In this document: positions 37,089-48,387 of the stretch, one piece after another | Position numbering within the stretch: position 1 is the first letter of the stretch | Layout: every line of letters begins with the position of its first letter | Assembly: GCA_000092065.1 (NCBI GenBank) | Contig: CP000600.1 | Source: Ostreococcus lucimarinus | Taxonomy: Eukaryota | Reading direction: 5' to 3' (one strand) | DNA length: 64,000 nt | Program-made: the position numbers and the translations under genes | The notes under the pieces: model-generated | The model's database searches: none | What the model was told of the DNA's origin: nothing | The model's input: the letters and a program-made list of their open reading frames with translations, nothing else

Positions 37089-40000
37089 ATGGCGGCGTCC
37101 CGCGCCGCGGTCGTCGTCCGCGACGGCCTGCACGACCTCCTCGGGTACACCGCGAGCGCGCTCGAGGCGTTCGTGCTGGACAAGGCGCGAGAGAGCGGCG
37201 GCGACGCGCGCGCGCTCGAGGCGGCGCTGATCGAGTGCGGATGTCCCGACGACGAAAAGACGCGCGCGTTCGCGCGCGCGGTGTGCGCGAGCGCGTCCGA
37301 CGACGCGAAAGGGAGCGCGGCGGACGCGCGCGGAGGCGCCGCGGCGTCGACGGGCGTCGCGAGGGCGGCGACGAGGGATGATTGGACGGCGACGCGCGCG
37401 GCGGCGACGTACGAGTTGTTGGCGGAGGAGAGCGAGAGCGAGCGCGAACGCGAACGCGAGGAGGACGACAGAGCGAAGCGAAGGGCGACGAAACGAGCGA
37501 AAAAGATGAGGAAGAAACGAGGGAAGGGCGAGGGGGCGAGCGAGAGCGAGGAGGACGCGGAGGCGGTGGAGACGCGTCGGCGAGCGCTCGCGGGGGAACG
37601 CGAAGACGAATCGTACGAGGCGCCGTCGGCGTCGGAGGAAGACGAAGAGACGAGGAAGGCGCGAGAGATGGAGGAAGATTTGCGAGAGCGCGATGAGTTT
37701 GAACAACGCCTGCGGGCGAAGGATGAGGCGAAGACGAAAAAGTTGAGCGGCGATCGAGGACCGACGGAGGCGGAGCGCGCGGAAGCCGAGCGTCGAGGCG
37801 CGCATTTGGAGACGGATGAACAGCGCACAGATTTAGTGCCCGAACTCAGAAAGGTATCGCGGCAAGAGTACTTGAAGAAACGCGAGCTTCAAAAGCTCGA
37901 GGAGCTGAAAGAATCGATCAAAGAGACGGAGTACTTTTACGAAGGCCAAGACGTGACGGAGGAGCAGCGCAAGGATTTAGAAAAGAGGAAGAAGGTTTAC
38001 GAGCTCGCGATGGAGCAAATCAATAGCATTAACGACGCCTTAGAGGAGCGTTACTCTATACCCACGGCGTACGACGATCCGAACAAGCCGAAGTCCACGA
38101 ACGAACGGTTCGCGGTGGCGAGACAACGATACAAGGAGCCCGACCCCGAGGACGACGCGAATCCTTTCAAGGATCAAGACCAGTGGGAGGCGCATCAAGT
38201 CAAACAAGCGCAGGCGCAGTTCGGAGCGAAGAATAAGAAATCTGAAGTCAAGGAGTACGACTTGGTGTACGACGATCAAATCAAGTTCATCAAGGATGAA
38301 ATCATGGCGGGCGACGGCGTGTCGAGCGGAAGCGAGAGCGAGAGCGAGAGCGAGAGCGAGAGCGAGAGCGAGATGGACGAAGAGAAACGCACCAAGCTCG
38401 CTTTGGCGGGAAAACTCGGGAAAAGGGCCAAGATAGAAGCCGATCGCAAGTCGCTTCCGATTTTTCCATACCGCGAGTCTCTCATCAAGGCGGTGGAGGA
38501 TCACCAAGTCGTCGTCATCGTCGGCGAGACGGGTTCGGGCAAGACGACGCAAATTCCGCAGTACATGTGGGAAGCTGGTTTCGGTGGCAAGACGCAAAAA
38601 ATCGGTTGTACGCAGCCGAGACGAGTGGCGGCGATGTCCGTCGCGTCGCGCGTCGCGGAGGAAGCGGGCGTAAAGCTCGGTCACGAGGTTGGCTACACCA
38701 TTCGTTTCGAGGACTGCACCAACGACAAGACGCGAGTCAAGTACATGACGGACGGGATGCTCTTGCGCGAATTCTTGGGTGAGCCAGACTTGTCGTCGTA
38801 TGCGGTGATGATGGTGGACGAGGCGCACGAGCGCACGCTGCACACCGACGTTCTTTTTGGCCTCGTCAAGGATATCGCCAGATTCCGACCGGAGATCAAG
38901 CTTCTCATCTCCTCCGCCACGCTCGACGCGGAAAAGTTTAGCGAGTACTTTGATTTCGCACCGATTTTCAGAATTCCCGGTCGTCGATTTCCGGTGGATA
39001 TTCTCTACACACAGCAACCCGAGGCAGATTACGTGGACGCCACCGTGGTGACGGTGTTACAAATTCATCTCACCCAACCCGAGGGCGACATTTTAGTCTT
39101 TTGCACCGGTCAAGAGGAGATTGAAAGTTGTGAGGAACTGTTGAAGACGCGCATCCACGAGATGGAGAAGAAACCTCCCGAGCTTATCATCGCGCCCATT
39201 TACGCATCGCTGCCAAGCGACATGCAGGCGAAGATTTTCGAGGACACGCCCAAGGGATCGCGAAAAGTCGTCCTGGCGACGAACATCGCCGAGACGTCGC
39301 TCACGATTGACGGCATCAAATACGTGATTGATCCTGGGTTTTGCAAGCAAAAGAGTTATAACCCACGCACGGGGATGGAGTCACTCGTCGTCACCCCCAC
39401 ATCGCAGGCGAGCGCGTTGCAGCGCGCCGGTCGCGCCGGTCGTACATCGGCGGGAAAGTGTTTCCGTCTATACACGGCGTGGAGTTTCCAAAACGAACTC
39501 GACCCGAACACCGTACCCGAAATTCAGCGCACGAACCTCGGGAACGTGGTGTTGATGTTGAAATCACTCGGAATCAACGATTTGATGCACTTCGACTTCA
39601 TGGATCCGCCCCCGGCCGAGACGTTACTTCGAGCGCTCGAACAACTGTACGCCCTCGGCGCGTTGAACGATAGAGGCGAGCTCACGAAACTCGGGCGCAA
39701 GATGGCTGAGTTCCCTCTGGACCCGATGCTTTCGAAGACGCTCTGCGCGAGTGACAAGTACAAAGTAAGCGATGAAGTGATGACGATTTGCTGCATGCTG
39801 TCGTGCGGAAACACGGTATTTTATCGTCCCAAAGACAAGCTACAGCTCGCCGATCACGCGCACAAATCCTTTCACATCGGCAACGTCGGCGATCACATCG
39901 CGTTATTAAACGTATACAACTCATGGCGTGACGCCGACTTTTCTGTCACGTGGTGTTACGAAAACTTTGTGCAGCAGCGGACGATGAAAACGGCGCGAGA

Positions 40001-40394
40001 TATTCGAGAACAGCTCGAAAAGCTCCTCGAGCGCGTCGAAATCGAGCCGTCGTCGAACACAAACGACCTCGACGGCATTAAAAAGTGCATCACGAGCGGA
40101 TTCTTCTACCACACCGCCAAACTGCAAAAGAACGGCAGCTATAGAACGGTGAAGAATCCGCAAACCGTGGCCATCCATCCGTCGAGCGGGCTCGCGAAGG
40201 AGCTTCCGCGCTGGGTCGTGTACTTTGAGCTCGTGTACACGTCCAAGGAATACATGCGGCAAGTAATTGAAATCAAGCCCGAGTGGCTCGTGGAGATCGC
40301 GCCGCACTATTACAAACGGAAAGAAATCGAAGGAGAAACCATCAAGACCGGCAAGGCGGCCGCGGGGAAGAAATCAGACGTCGTCTTGGCGTGA
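37089..40394 (+). CDS. DHX16: DEAH-box pre-mRNA splicing factor ATP-dependent RNA helicase DHX16/PRP2
   Basis: 1101 aa. N-terminal [18 protein letters not shown] as in the DHX16 N-terminus. Helicase motifs [14 protein letters not shown] (MVDEAHERT), SAT and [10 protein letters not shown]2 and OB-fold domains. In-frame (SE)n tract from (GAGAGC)n. Confidence 0.85.
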   Translation: MAASRAAVVVRDGLHDLLGYTASALEAFVLDKARESGGDARALEAALIECGCPDDEKTRAFARAVCASASDDAKGSAADARGGAAASTGVARAATRDDWTATRAAATYELLAEESESEREREREEDDRAKRRATKRAKKMRKKRGKGEGASESEEDAEAVETRRRALAGEREDESYEAPSASEEDEETRKAREMEEDLRERDEFEQRLRAKDEAKTKKLSGDRGPTEAERAEAERRGAHLETDEQRTDLVPELRKVSRQEYLKKRELQKLEELKESIKETEYFYEGQDVTEEQRKDLEKRKKVYELAMEQINSINDALEERYSIPTAYDDPNKPKSTNERFAVARQRYKEPDPEDDANPFKDQDQWEAHQVKQAQAQFGAKNKKSEVKEYDLVYDDQIKFIKDEIMAGDGVSSGSESESESESESESEMDEEKRTKLALAGKLGKRAKIEADRKSLPIFPYRESLIKAVEDHQVVVIVGETGSGKTTQIPQYMWEAGFGGKTQKIGCTQPRRVAAMSVASRVAEEAGVKLGHEVGYTIRFEDCTNDKTRVKYMTDGMLLREFLGEPDLSSYAVMMVDEAHERTLHTDVLFGLVKDIARFRPEIKLLISSATLDAEKFSEYFDFAPIFRIPGRRFPVDILYTQQPEADYVDATVVTVLQIHLTQPEGDILVFCTGQEEIESCEELLKTRIHEMEKKPPELIIAPIYASLPSDMQAKIFEDTPKGSRKVVLATNIAETSLTIDGIKYVIDPGFCKQKSYNPRTGMESLVVTPTSQASALQRAGRAGRTSAGKCFRLYTAWSFQNELDPNTVPEIQRTNLGNVVLMLKSLGINDLMHFDFMDPPPAETLLRALEQLYALGALNDRGELTKLGRKMAEFPLDPMLSKTLCASDKYKVSDEVMTICCMLSCGNTVFYRPKDKLQLADHAHKSFHIGNVGDHIALLNVYNSWRDADFSVTWCYENFVQQRTMKTARDIREQLEKLLERVEIEPSSNTNDLDGIKKCITSGFFYHTAKLQKNGSYRTVKNPQTVAIHPSSGLAKELPRWVVYFELVYTSKEYMRQVIEIKPEWLVEIAPHYYKRKEIEGETIKTGKAAAGKKSDVVLA

Positions 40395-40542
40395 CGCGCG
40401 CGCGCAAAGTAGAAAAATTAGCGAAAATTTGTAGAAAACGTTGAAGGAATGTAGAAAGATATCATTACGGTGACGAAAGAATCGCTCTGCTGGTTGCATG
40501 GTGGTGGTGATGAAACCTAATGAATGAGAAAAACGATATCGT

Positions 40543-41256
40543 CTACTGCGCCGCGTTGGAGATCGTCTCCGCGAGCCCGAACAACACCGGCGGCACGGCC
40601 AGGCACGCGCCGACGACGCCGGCCCCGACGGCCCACTCGGAGGCGTTCTTCATCTCGCCTCGGAGCGCCTTGGCGAACGAAATCTCCGCCGCCGCATCGA
40701 TCGTCGTATCGATCGGCTTCACGATGAACGGAATCGCCGCCAATCCCAACAACGTGGGCAAGATGCGTTCGACGTCGAGTCCCTGCGCCGCGAGCGAGTC
40801 GAACGCGCTCACGTCCGCCTTCGCCAACGCCAAATTCGTCGTCGCCACGACGACGCGAATGAACGATCCCGGCCAAAACACGCTCGCGAGCATTTGCCAA
40901 GTCAGGGTTTCCGTCGCCACCGCCGCGGCTTGGTTCGCGCGATCGCTCGCCCCCTCCGCCTTGTTCCAGCGCTTGACGCCCTTATCCACTGTGTCCGCCA
41001 GCACGTACGTCGCCGCGATTCCATACGTCGCCGGCACGCCCCAAACCGGCAACCACGCCACGAACGCTTCACCGCACTCATTCGCGTACCCCATGTACCG
41101 CAGCAGCGAGTCCCGGAACACGTCGTACTCCTTTTCCTCGGAGACTTCGTGCGGCGGCGCCGCGCCCACCGCGCTCTCCCGCGCCTCCCGTCGCGAGTCC
41201 GCCTCGACCTCGTCCTCGGTCGTCACCGCTCGCGGCGTCGCGCCGCGCGACATCAT
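40543..41256 (-). CDS. mitochondrial fission process protein 1 (MTP18/MTFP1 family)
   Basis: DSLLRYMGYANECGEAFVAWLP matches the MTP18 core (YLRYLGYANEVGEAF). Two TM-like segments. ATG ATG at 41256. Confidence 0.7.
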   Translation of the reverse strand: MMSRGATPRAVTTEDEVEADSRREARESAVGAAPPHEVSEEKEYDVFRDSLLRYMGYANECGEAFVAWLPVWGVPATYGIAATYVLADTVDKGVKRWNKAEGASDRANQAAAVATETLTWQMLASVFWPGSFIRVVVATTNLALAKADVSAFDSLAAQGLDVERILPTLLGLAAIPFIVKPIDTTIDAAAEISFAKALRGEMKNASEWAVGAGVVGACLAVPPVLFGLAETISNAAQ

Positions 41257-41839
41257 TCGCGTCCCGAACGTCGCGCGTCGATCGCGCGCCGTCGCGCCGC
41301 CGCGTCGATCCGTCGCGCATCGCCGCGCCGCCGCTTGGCCTCGAGCCCCGCGCGCCGTTCGCGTCGCCCTCGCGGCGACGACGGCGAGCGCGCGCGCCGA
41401 AATCGCGGTCGTCATCGAGCGCGTAATTCTCCCGAGCGCACCGCGGCGCGCCGTTCCCGATCGACGCGTCGACGCGCGCGCGCGGGTCTGACGACGGCCC
41501 GCGCCGCTTCGACGTCGACCGCGCGCGAGTTCACGAAGATCGACCGCGCGCGTCGTCGTCGCGCCGTCTCGCGCGCTCGAACGCGCGCGCGCGCCGGGAA
41601 TAATTTTGACGCGTCGATCGGCGCGGCGCGCGCGCTCGGGCGCGGCGCGGTCGACGCGCGCGAGGACGCGCGCGGCGCGGTCGACGAATCTTAGACTCTC
41701 GTCGCGTATTGTAGCGCGCGCGTTCGAATCCGACGCCGCACTCGACGCCGCCGCGCGCGCGCGCGTCCTCGAGCGCGCGCGGCGTCGAACGCGACGGCGA
41801 CGACGGGACCGCGCGACGGCGACGCGACGGCGCGGCGCG

Positions 41840-42075
41840 ATGGCGACGAACGAGACGGTGAAGGTGGTGAGAAAGGTGCTGCGCGCGCGAGAGCAAAAGG
41901 CGACGCGCGCGAGCGATGCGGTCGACGCGGGGGACGCGCGCGCGCGCGCGACGGCGACGAACGATGAGTTGGACGCGACGGTGACGGTCGCGGCGCGGGA
42001 GGAGGCGTATAGGTTGGCGCGCGAACGCATCTTTGGCGACGGGGACGAAGGCGAAGGCGACGACGTCGCGGACGA

Positions 42076-42128
<53 letters not shown>

Positions 42129-42502
42129 ACGATGGGAACGATGGGAACGCGCTGGACGTGAGAGGCGATGGCGCGGACGCGTCGATGGGGCGGGAGCGCG
42201 GCAACGGTGGGTCGGGGATGTCGGCGAGCGCGCGGGCGTTCGCGCCGAAGAAGGCGACGCGGAAGGATCGGTGGGCGGACTCGTTCGATCCGGATTTTAT
42301 TCGCCGCGATCCGAGCGTGGGGTCGGCGAGGATGGTGCCGATGAACGTCCCAGGGGTGATGCCGATGATGATGCCGCCGCCGATGGGTGGGATGACGTGG
42401 CAACAAGCGGCGCCGAGCTATTTCGCGCCGCCCATGCCGCCGCCCATGCCGCCGGGACCTCCGCCGCCTCGCCCATCGCGGGAACGAGGCGACGACGTCT
42501 GA
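41840..42502 (+). CDS. SUZ-domain-like protein with poly-Thr tract and Pro/Met-rich C-terminus
   Basis: AREEAYRLARERIFGD resembles the SUZ motif. 18xThr encoded by (ACG)n. C-terminal PPPMPPGPPPP. Confidence 0.4.
42075..42128. repeat. (ACG)n trinucleotide repeat, ~17 units, in-frame poly-Thr
   Basis: Uninterrupted acgacgacg... tract inside CDS 41840..42502. Confidence 0.9.
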
Positions 42503-42845
42503 CCTAGCCGATACTGTAATTTAGTAAGTCAATCTAGTGTTGTCGCGGTGCGTGCGCGCGTGCGCGCGTTAATGAAACAATCTTTGCGTTCCGTTACAAA
42601 GCGTCGAATCCGCGCCTCGCTAAGAGAGGGCGCGTCTCGTCGTGTCGCGCGGCGTGTGACTGTTCTGGTCCCGCGAGCGAATGTAGCGTGACGCGTCCGA
42701 GATGTTCGTCGTCCGCGTGCGCTCGCTCGCCGGTCTTCACCGTGCTAAATGTGTCGCCCCGTTTTGTACAAATGAATTCGCTACGTCGCGACGAATTCTC
42801 CGTGGAGAGCCCCGAGCGCTCTCTTTTCCCCTCAAACGTCCTCAC

Positions 42846-44412
42846 TCACGCCTCGCGTCGCACATTCACGTGACCTTCACGAATCAATTCATCCAAATTC
42901 AACGTTTCGACGTCAGACGTCGCGTAAAGTACCTTGGCGGTGCGATTACGCTCGTTGAGCGAAATCACCTCCGCGCGATACCACAAGTTATCGTCCGGCC
43001 AAAACAACTGTGGAGGCGGCGCGCGCGCGCGATCACGTCAGTCTTCGCATCCTCGTTCATCTTCTCACGCGCATCGCGTCTTGTCGACGCGTGACGCGAC
43101 GCGTGACGAGACAAATCGCCTCGAGTGGGCGTCGGGCTCCCTCGTCTCGAGGGTTCCGAAAACGACGGTTCGCGCTCGCACCTCAATTTGCGCGTTCTTC
43201 AGCGTCGTCAGCGCTTGATCGGGGTCTAGGATGAACCCAGGGGATGGTTTCTTAAAACCTTGTGCGTCCATCTGCGCATCGAACCGAGGCGTCGATCGCG
43301 TCGTCGTCAGTCGTCGTGGTCGTGGTCGTCGTCATCGTCGCGAAGGAGCGAATCGCGTCACGCGCGCATTCGTCACGAAATCGCCGCCAGCGCGCTTCGT
43401 TCGCACGCACCGGGTCCACTTTATGCTTCTTCACCTTGGAACTATTTCCCTTGACGTCCGCGAGCGCGGTTTTCGCGCCCTTCCCCGTCGCGTCGCGCCC
43501 GTTCGCCTGCGCACCGCCATTCTGACGCGCGCCCGCGCTCGTCGGTTTCTCTTCGCGTCCGTGCGCCGCGCTGAGCGTTTCGTACACCGTGGGCACGGCG
43601 TTGATCTGCGCGAAAAGTGCATCACTGATCGTCGTCGTCGTCCCGCGTCGCCGTCAGTCGCGCGCGTCGTCGTCGAACATCGCGTCGCTTCGTCACCCGC
43701 GAGGGTCGCATTCGCGTCGTTTCAGCGGCATCGGCATCGACGACGACAACGCGCTCGACGCTCGACGCACCGTTTCTTGGCGTCAAACTTGGCGCCGTAA
43801 TAAAACGCCACCGCCATCAACCACGCATCGCTGTGCACGGCGACCAACGCGAGCCAATCCTTACGCTGCGTCGTCGAAAGCACCGCGCATCGCGACTTCG
43901 TCAGTCGGTCGTTCGCGCGCGCGGTCGAATCGAATCAAATCGCATCGTCGCGCCGCATTCGCGCCGCGTTCGCGCCGCGCGCCGCGCGGATTCGCGCGCA
44001 TCGAATTTACCTGCATCCCATCGCGCGCGAAATTAATCCCGAGCGCCGGTTCCGGGAGCTCGGGCGGGACTTCTTCGGCGGGTAATTGCACGTCCCACGT
44101 CCCGTCGGGATTGCCGTACAGGCACAAGTTTTCCTTGTCCGGGTCGCACTGCGCGTAGAACGCCTCGACGTCTGCGTGGTTCGACGCGGGTTAATCGTCT
44201 GCGTCGTCGTTCGCGTTCGCGTCGCGCGCGCTTCGTCGCGCGCTTCGTCGCGCGACCGCGATCGCGTCCCGGTCGCGTCCCGGTCGCGCGACGTGCGAAT
44301 CCGTCGATCGGCGCGCGCGCGCGTTCGTACCGCGCGTCAGGGCCTTGACGAGGCCGTCGCGTCGACGGGAAAAGTTTGCGTGGACCTCATCGACCGTGCG
44401 CGGGGCCTCCAT
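42846..44412 (-). CDS. Alfin-like (PAL-domain) chromatin protein, 6 exons, with Tudor-like C-terminal domain instead of PHD finger
   Basis: Minus-strand exons 44412..44331, 44171..44011, 43865..43771, 43624..43411, 43271..43182 and 43007..42846. Exons 1-4 give [28 protein letters not shown]|[53 protein letters not shown]|[32 protein letters not shown]|[17 protein letters not shown]..., collinear with plant Alfin1-like N-termini. Every intron has GT(G/A)CG/GTAAAT donors, an ACTGAC branch and a YAG acceptor. Exons 5-6 encode ...[41 protein letters not shown], a Tudor-like barrel. No PHD finger is present anywhere downstream. Confidence 0.6.
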
Positions 44413-44587
44413 GGGCGCCGGGCAGGCGAGGCAGCGCGGGAATGTCGCGACGGCGCGGTGGGATTTGAAATACGTTTGGGAAACACGTGGATTCGCCATC
44501 ATTTGGCGAAATGTCGATTTGGGACGGGGACTTCGCGTCGCGCGCGCGGAGACGCGATCGGAGAGGGAAGGCGCGCGAAAGCGTGCG

Positions 44588-47500
44588 TTACACGTCATAC
44601 GCGAGTAAATCGTCGACGTCGCCGACGCCGATGGCGATGAAGACGAAGTCGCACAGCGCGGCGACGAGGCGAGGATGGGGGAGAGGGGGGCGGCGGGCGA
44701 GCGTCGCTGCGAAGCGCTCGCGCGCGGGATGGATCGGTTCGAGGGCGTCGATGGCGGTGATGATCCAGGGTGTGACGACGTCGGGGGCGGTATGGAGTAA
44801 AGTGGCGAGGAATGAGGCGGCGGGGCGGAGGCAGGCGCGAGGGGTAATTTCGGCGCACGCCGCGCGGAGGATGGCGTTCGCCGCGAGCGGGCCGCGGGAG
44901 AGGAAGTATTCGTCCACGCGACACGCATTGGCGACCCAGGGTGCGGATCGCTTGGCCTTTTCACCGGGAGAAACGATCGCGTTCAGCAGCGCCAAAGAAG
45001 CGCGCACGGGGGCGTACTCTCGCAGCTCGAGCGCGGCGACGGAGAGATCGAGCACGTCGAACAAGGTTTCGTTCGCCAATCCCTGCGCCGGCGCGAAGAT
45101 AACGAACGCCCTAGCGGTGGAAAATAAAGCTTCAGCGAGATCCCAATCATCTGATCCCGATCGCACGCCACGCACGGTCTCACATGCTATTTGGGAGAAA
45201 GCCGCGCTCAACGTCGCGCCGACGTGCGGGGCGCTTGGCAACAACTCGCTCGTGCCACTCTCGGGCGAGCTGATCGACGCCACCTCTATCGCGGTGGCGA
45301 TCGGCTCGAGCAAGGACGCACACTTAGTCGCCATGAACGTGCGCGCGATGGATTCGAGCATGGGCACGATCATGTTGACTGAACTTTCCTTGGCGCTCAG
45401 AAGCGCCGCGACGTAAATCTCCGCCGCAGCTTTAATCACGCTCGGCGCTTGCCACGTTCGCTTCGCGACGATTTCTTCCAGCGTCGGCCACGCCGCGGCT
45501 AAAACAGAGATGGCAGGGTGCTCACAGCTCGACGCGATCGTCGCACTCGGTAAAAATTCTAAGAATCTCACCGACGCCGCGATCAAGGCGAGTTCAGCCG
45601 CCATCGCTCTCGCCGCCGAGGCGTGCGCGATTTGGTTCGGAGGAATCTGCGGCGCCATTTCGGCAGCGATCCGTTTGCATCGCGCAAGCACAGGAGCTAT
45701 TAACCTCGCGCTTGCTTCCGACGCTTGCTGCACGGGCATCGCCGCAATCACCCGCGCCAATCCTTCGGTGACCGACGCGCGACCGTCCTCGTCGTCTTCG
45801 CTTTCAAAAGTCAATCGCACGTCCGCGATGCATCTTTCGGTGTGTTCTAACAGCGCCGCAAACGTGGATGGTTCCTTCAAATGTCGCGCACACCGCGAAC
45901 ACACTGATTTAAACGCTAAAGCCGCCCGCGACCACGCGGGAGGATGCGGAAAAGACGACGTGATGTACATCAAAACGCCGCGCGCGCGCGCGGCTTGCGC
46001 CGCCGAGTTCGCGGGAGGGCCGCGACGACCGAGCCAGTTGGCGTAAGACGCGATGAGGCGACACGTACCCGCTCGAACGAGCTGATGCGATGAGAACAGA
46101 CCGCTGTTGTCGGTCGTGTGCTCAGAAATCGTCGATAGAAGTTGCGCGAGAAACGTTTCGATCTCCTCCGAGGGTGCGTCTTCCAAATCGTCGTTGACGC
46201 GACTCGCGGGAGCGCGCAATGCGAACGCTCCCGCCTCAGCGGCTTGCCAATTTTGCGCGGCACCTAACGCGCTACCAATTATGCTAAAGTATTGCCCACG
46301 CAAAACGCCGTAACAGTTGTCGAGAAGATCGGCGACGACGTGTTCGCGAAATCGCTCAAACGTGTCCTCGTCCTCGTTCGCGACGGCCCAGGTGGTGAAA
46401 TCGTCGGGCAACGTCGCTTGTTTCAGTAACACCTCCGTCAAACGCGCGTGCATGGGCGCACGCAAGCTTTCGTGCCTCGAAGACACTCCCACAACATCCA
46501 TCATTAAGAAAAAATCAACCGCCACCTCGGTCACCTCGCGACCGTGGCGCTCCATGAGCGACAAGATGAGCGACACGAGCGCCAAGGAATCTTCGTCACC
46601 GCGCGCGAGCACGCTCACGCACCGTTCGCTCAACGCAACGGCGACGAGACAAATATTTCGCGCGAGCGAAACGCCGTCGTCGGAGTCGTTTGCCGCGCTC
46701 GCGTGCGCGAGCAAACCTCGCGTCACCGCGTTCATCGCCTGAAATTCCTCCGCCTCGCCGCCGCTTCGTCCTTGGTGTAAATCCACCAAAAAGTCCACCG
46801 CCGCCGCTCCGCACCCGCCGCTCTCGATCGCCAAGCACTGCAAGACGTCCCCGAAAAGTTGGCCGTGTCGCACGGCGAACTCAGTCGGGGACAATCGCAA
46901 TCCGCCGCCGACGTCGCCCGACGGATCCAACTTTAACCACCCGCGCGCCGCGCGCACGCACGACGCCTTCAACGCGTCCGTCTGTCGCGACCGCGCGCTT
47001 CCACACGCGCTAAACACCTCACGCACCGTAATCAAAACCCTCTCTCCCTCGTTCGCGCACGCCATCGCGAGTTCCCGTCGACTCGACGTCTCCGCCTCGT
47101 CGCACGCCTCCGCCGCGAGCGCCAACAACTCCATCCCCGCCCGCATCGCGCTCGACCCCACCCCGCTCGATCGCACCGCCCCGAACGCCGTCTCCACCAC
47201 CTCCCGCATCTTCGCGCTCCCCATTCGCGCGCCTCCGCGCGCCAGCGCGAGTCCCAACCGTCTCGCCGCCGTCTCCGTCGTCTCGTCGTTCGCCGTCGCC
47301 GCGAACGCCGCCGTCGTCCGTCGCATCATCGCCTCCCGCGCCCCCTCGCTCGCCCCGTTCCACCGCTCCCTCGAGCGCGTCGTCGCGCTCAGCGCGTTCG
47401 CCGCGTAATACGCCACGCACGCGTCCCCTCGCGCGCGTTCGAGCAGTCCGAGCGCGACGCTCGCCGCGCGCGGGTCCTCCGACAGCGCCATCAGACGCGC

Positions 47501-47599
47501 GTTCGCCTCGTCTCGCGTCGCTCGCGTCGACCGCGCGTCGTACAGCGCGACGACCGCGGCGCGCGCGCGCTCGATCGACGCGTCGTCGGCGTCGCGCAT
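44588..47599 (-). CDS. importin-beta family karyopherin (transportin-3/importin-13/MOS14-like)
   Basis: 1003 aa, all-helical HEAT/ARM-like composition. N-terminal importin-N-like segment (IERARAAVVALYD..ANARLMALSEDPRAASVALGLLE..ACVAYYAANAL). ATG at 47599 (MRDADDASIE...). Confidence 0.55.
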   Translation of the reverse strand: MRDADDASIERARAAVVALYDARSTRATRDEANARLMALSEDPRAASVALGLLERARGDACVAYYAANALSATTRSRERWNGASEGAREAMMRRTTAAFAATANDETTETAARRLGLALARGGARMGSAKMREVVETAFGAVRSSGVGSSAMRAGMELLALAAEACDEAETSSRRELAMACANEGERVLITVREVFSACGSARSRQTDALKASCVRAARGWLKLDPSGDVGGGLRLSPTEFAVRHGQLFGDVLQCLAIESGGCGAAAVDFLVDLHQGRSGGEAEEFQAMNAVTRGLLAHASAANDSDDGVSLARNICLVAVALSERCVSVLARGDEDSLALVSLILSLMERHGREVTEVAVDFFLMMDVVGVSSRHESLRAPMHARLTEVLLKQATLPDDFTTWAVANEDEDTFERFREHVVADLLDNCYGVLRGQYFSIIGSALGAAQNWQAAEAGAFALRAPASRVNDDLEDAPSEEIETFLAQLLSTISEHTTDNSGLFSSHQLVRAGTCRLIASYANWLGRRGPPANSAAQAARARGVLMYITSSFPHPPAWSRAALAFKSVCSRCARHLKEPSTFAALLEHTERCIADVRLTFESEDDEDGRASVTEGLARVIAAMPVQQASEASARLIAPVLARCKRIAAEMAPQIPPNQIAHASAARAMAAELALIAASVRFLEFLPSATIASSCEHPAISVLAAAWPTLEEIVAKRTWQAPSVIKAAAEIYVAALLSAKESSVNMIVPMLESIARTFMATKCASLLEPIATAIEVASISSPESGTSELLPSAPHVGATLSAAFSQIACETVRGVRSGSDDWDLAEALFSTARAFVIFAPAQGLANETLFDVLDLSVAALELREYAPVRASLALLNAIVSPGEKAKRSAPWVANACRVDEYFLSRGPLAANAILRAACAEITPRACLRPAASFLATLLHTAPDVVTPWIITAIDALEPIHPARERFAATLARRPPLPHPRLVAALCDFVFIAIGVGDVDDLLAYDV

Positions 47600-47693
47600 G
47601 GCGCGCGCGTCGCGCGTCGCGCCGCGATGTGCCGACCGATGGTCGCGGATGGATGCGACGCGACGCGACCGCAGACGCCGACGCGGCGCGCCG

Positions 47694-48310
47694 ATGCCGC
47701 GCGAGGTGCGCGAGGGCGACATCGCGCTCGCGCGCGGCGCCGCGCATCGGGCGTTCACGCTCGTCGTCGTGCGCGACTACGAGGGCGGTCGAGTGCTGCT
47801 GGGCGAAAAACTGCGCGGATTCGGCGCCGGGTGCGTCCGCGACCGAGACGAGGCGAAACGCGCGATGACTGACGAATGCGCGACGGGCGTAGGTATTACA
47901 ACGGATTCGGGGGGAAGGTGGAGCGCGGGGAGACGGTGGAGGCGGCGGCGGCGCGAGAGCTGACGGAGGAGGCGAACGTCGAGGCGACGAACATGACGCG
48001 GCGAGGGGCGCTGCGATTCGTGTTCGACGATAAACCGCTCGAACCGTGGTTGGTGCACGTGTTTCACTGCTCGCGGTACGACGGGGAGATCGCGGCGAGC
48101 GATGAGATGCGACCGGAGTGGTTCGATTTGGACGACGTGCCGTTTGAAAATATGTGGGCGGACGATCCGTACTGGTGGCCGTTGTTTTTGGAGGAGAAGG
48201 AGTTCGTGGGGACGTTTACGTTCACGAACACGACGACGCTCGTGGATTATTGGATTCGGGAGACGAAGGATCTGATGCTCGACGTCGAGGCGATGACGGC
48301 GAACGAATGA
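47694..48310 (+). CDS. NUDT1: NUDIX hydrolase, MTH1/NUDT1-like oxidised-dNTP pyrophosphatase, 2 exons
   Basis: Exons 47694..47830 and 47893..48310. The spliced product ...FTLVVVRDYEGGRVLLGEKLRGFGAG|YYNGFGGKVERGETVEAAAARELTEEANV... is collinear with human MTH1 ([43 protein letters not shown]). C-terminal DEMRPEWFDLDDVPFENMWADDPYWWPLFL also matches. The 62-nt intron has GTGCGT ... GACTGACG ... GTAG. Confidence 0.85.
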
Positions 48311-48387
48311 CGGTTCGTCGTCGACGACGGCGGAACGCGCGTTCGCGCTCGAATGTAAATCATATGTAAATCATCGCGTCGTCGAAA

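Noticed and set aside
35879-37805. 500-aa (+) ORF and 331-aa (-) ORF overlapping APS reductase and the DHX16 5' end
   Set aside because: Antisense or out-of-frame to two genes with unambiguous homology. Arg-rich low complexity.
43252-43596. Unspliced read-through ORF ([13 protein letters not shown]...[11 protein letters not shown]...) on the minus strand
   Set aside because: Its first half is exon 4 of the Alfin-like gene. The tail after the GTGCGT donor at 43410 has no homology and contains a canonical donor, branch point and acceptor. I interpret it as intron read-through rather than as a separate gene, although a PAL-only isoform cannot be excluded.
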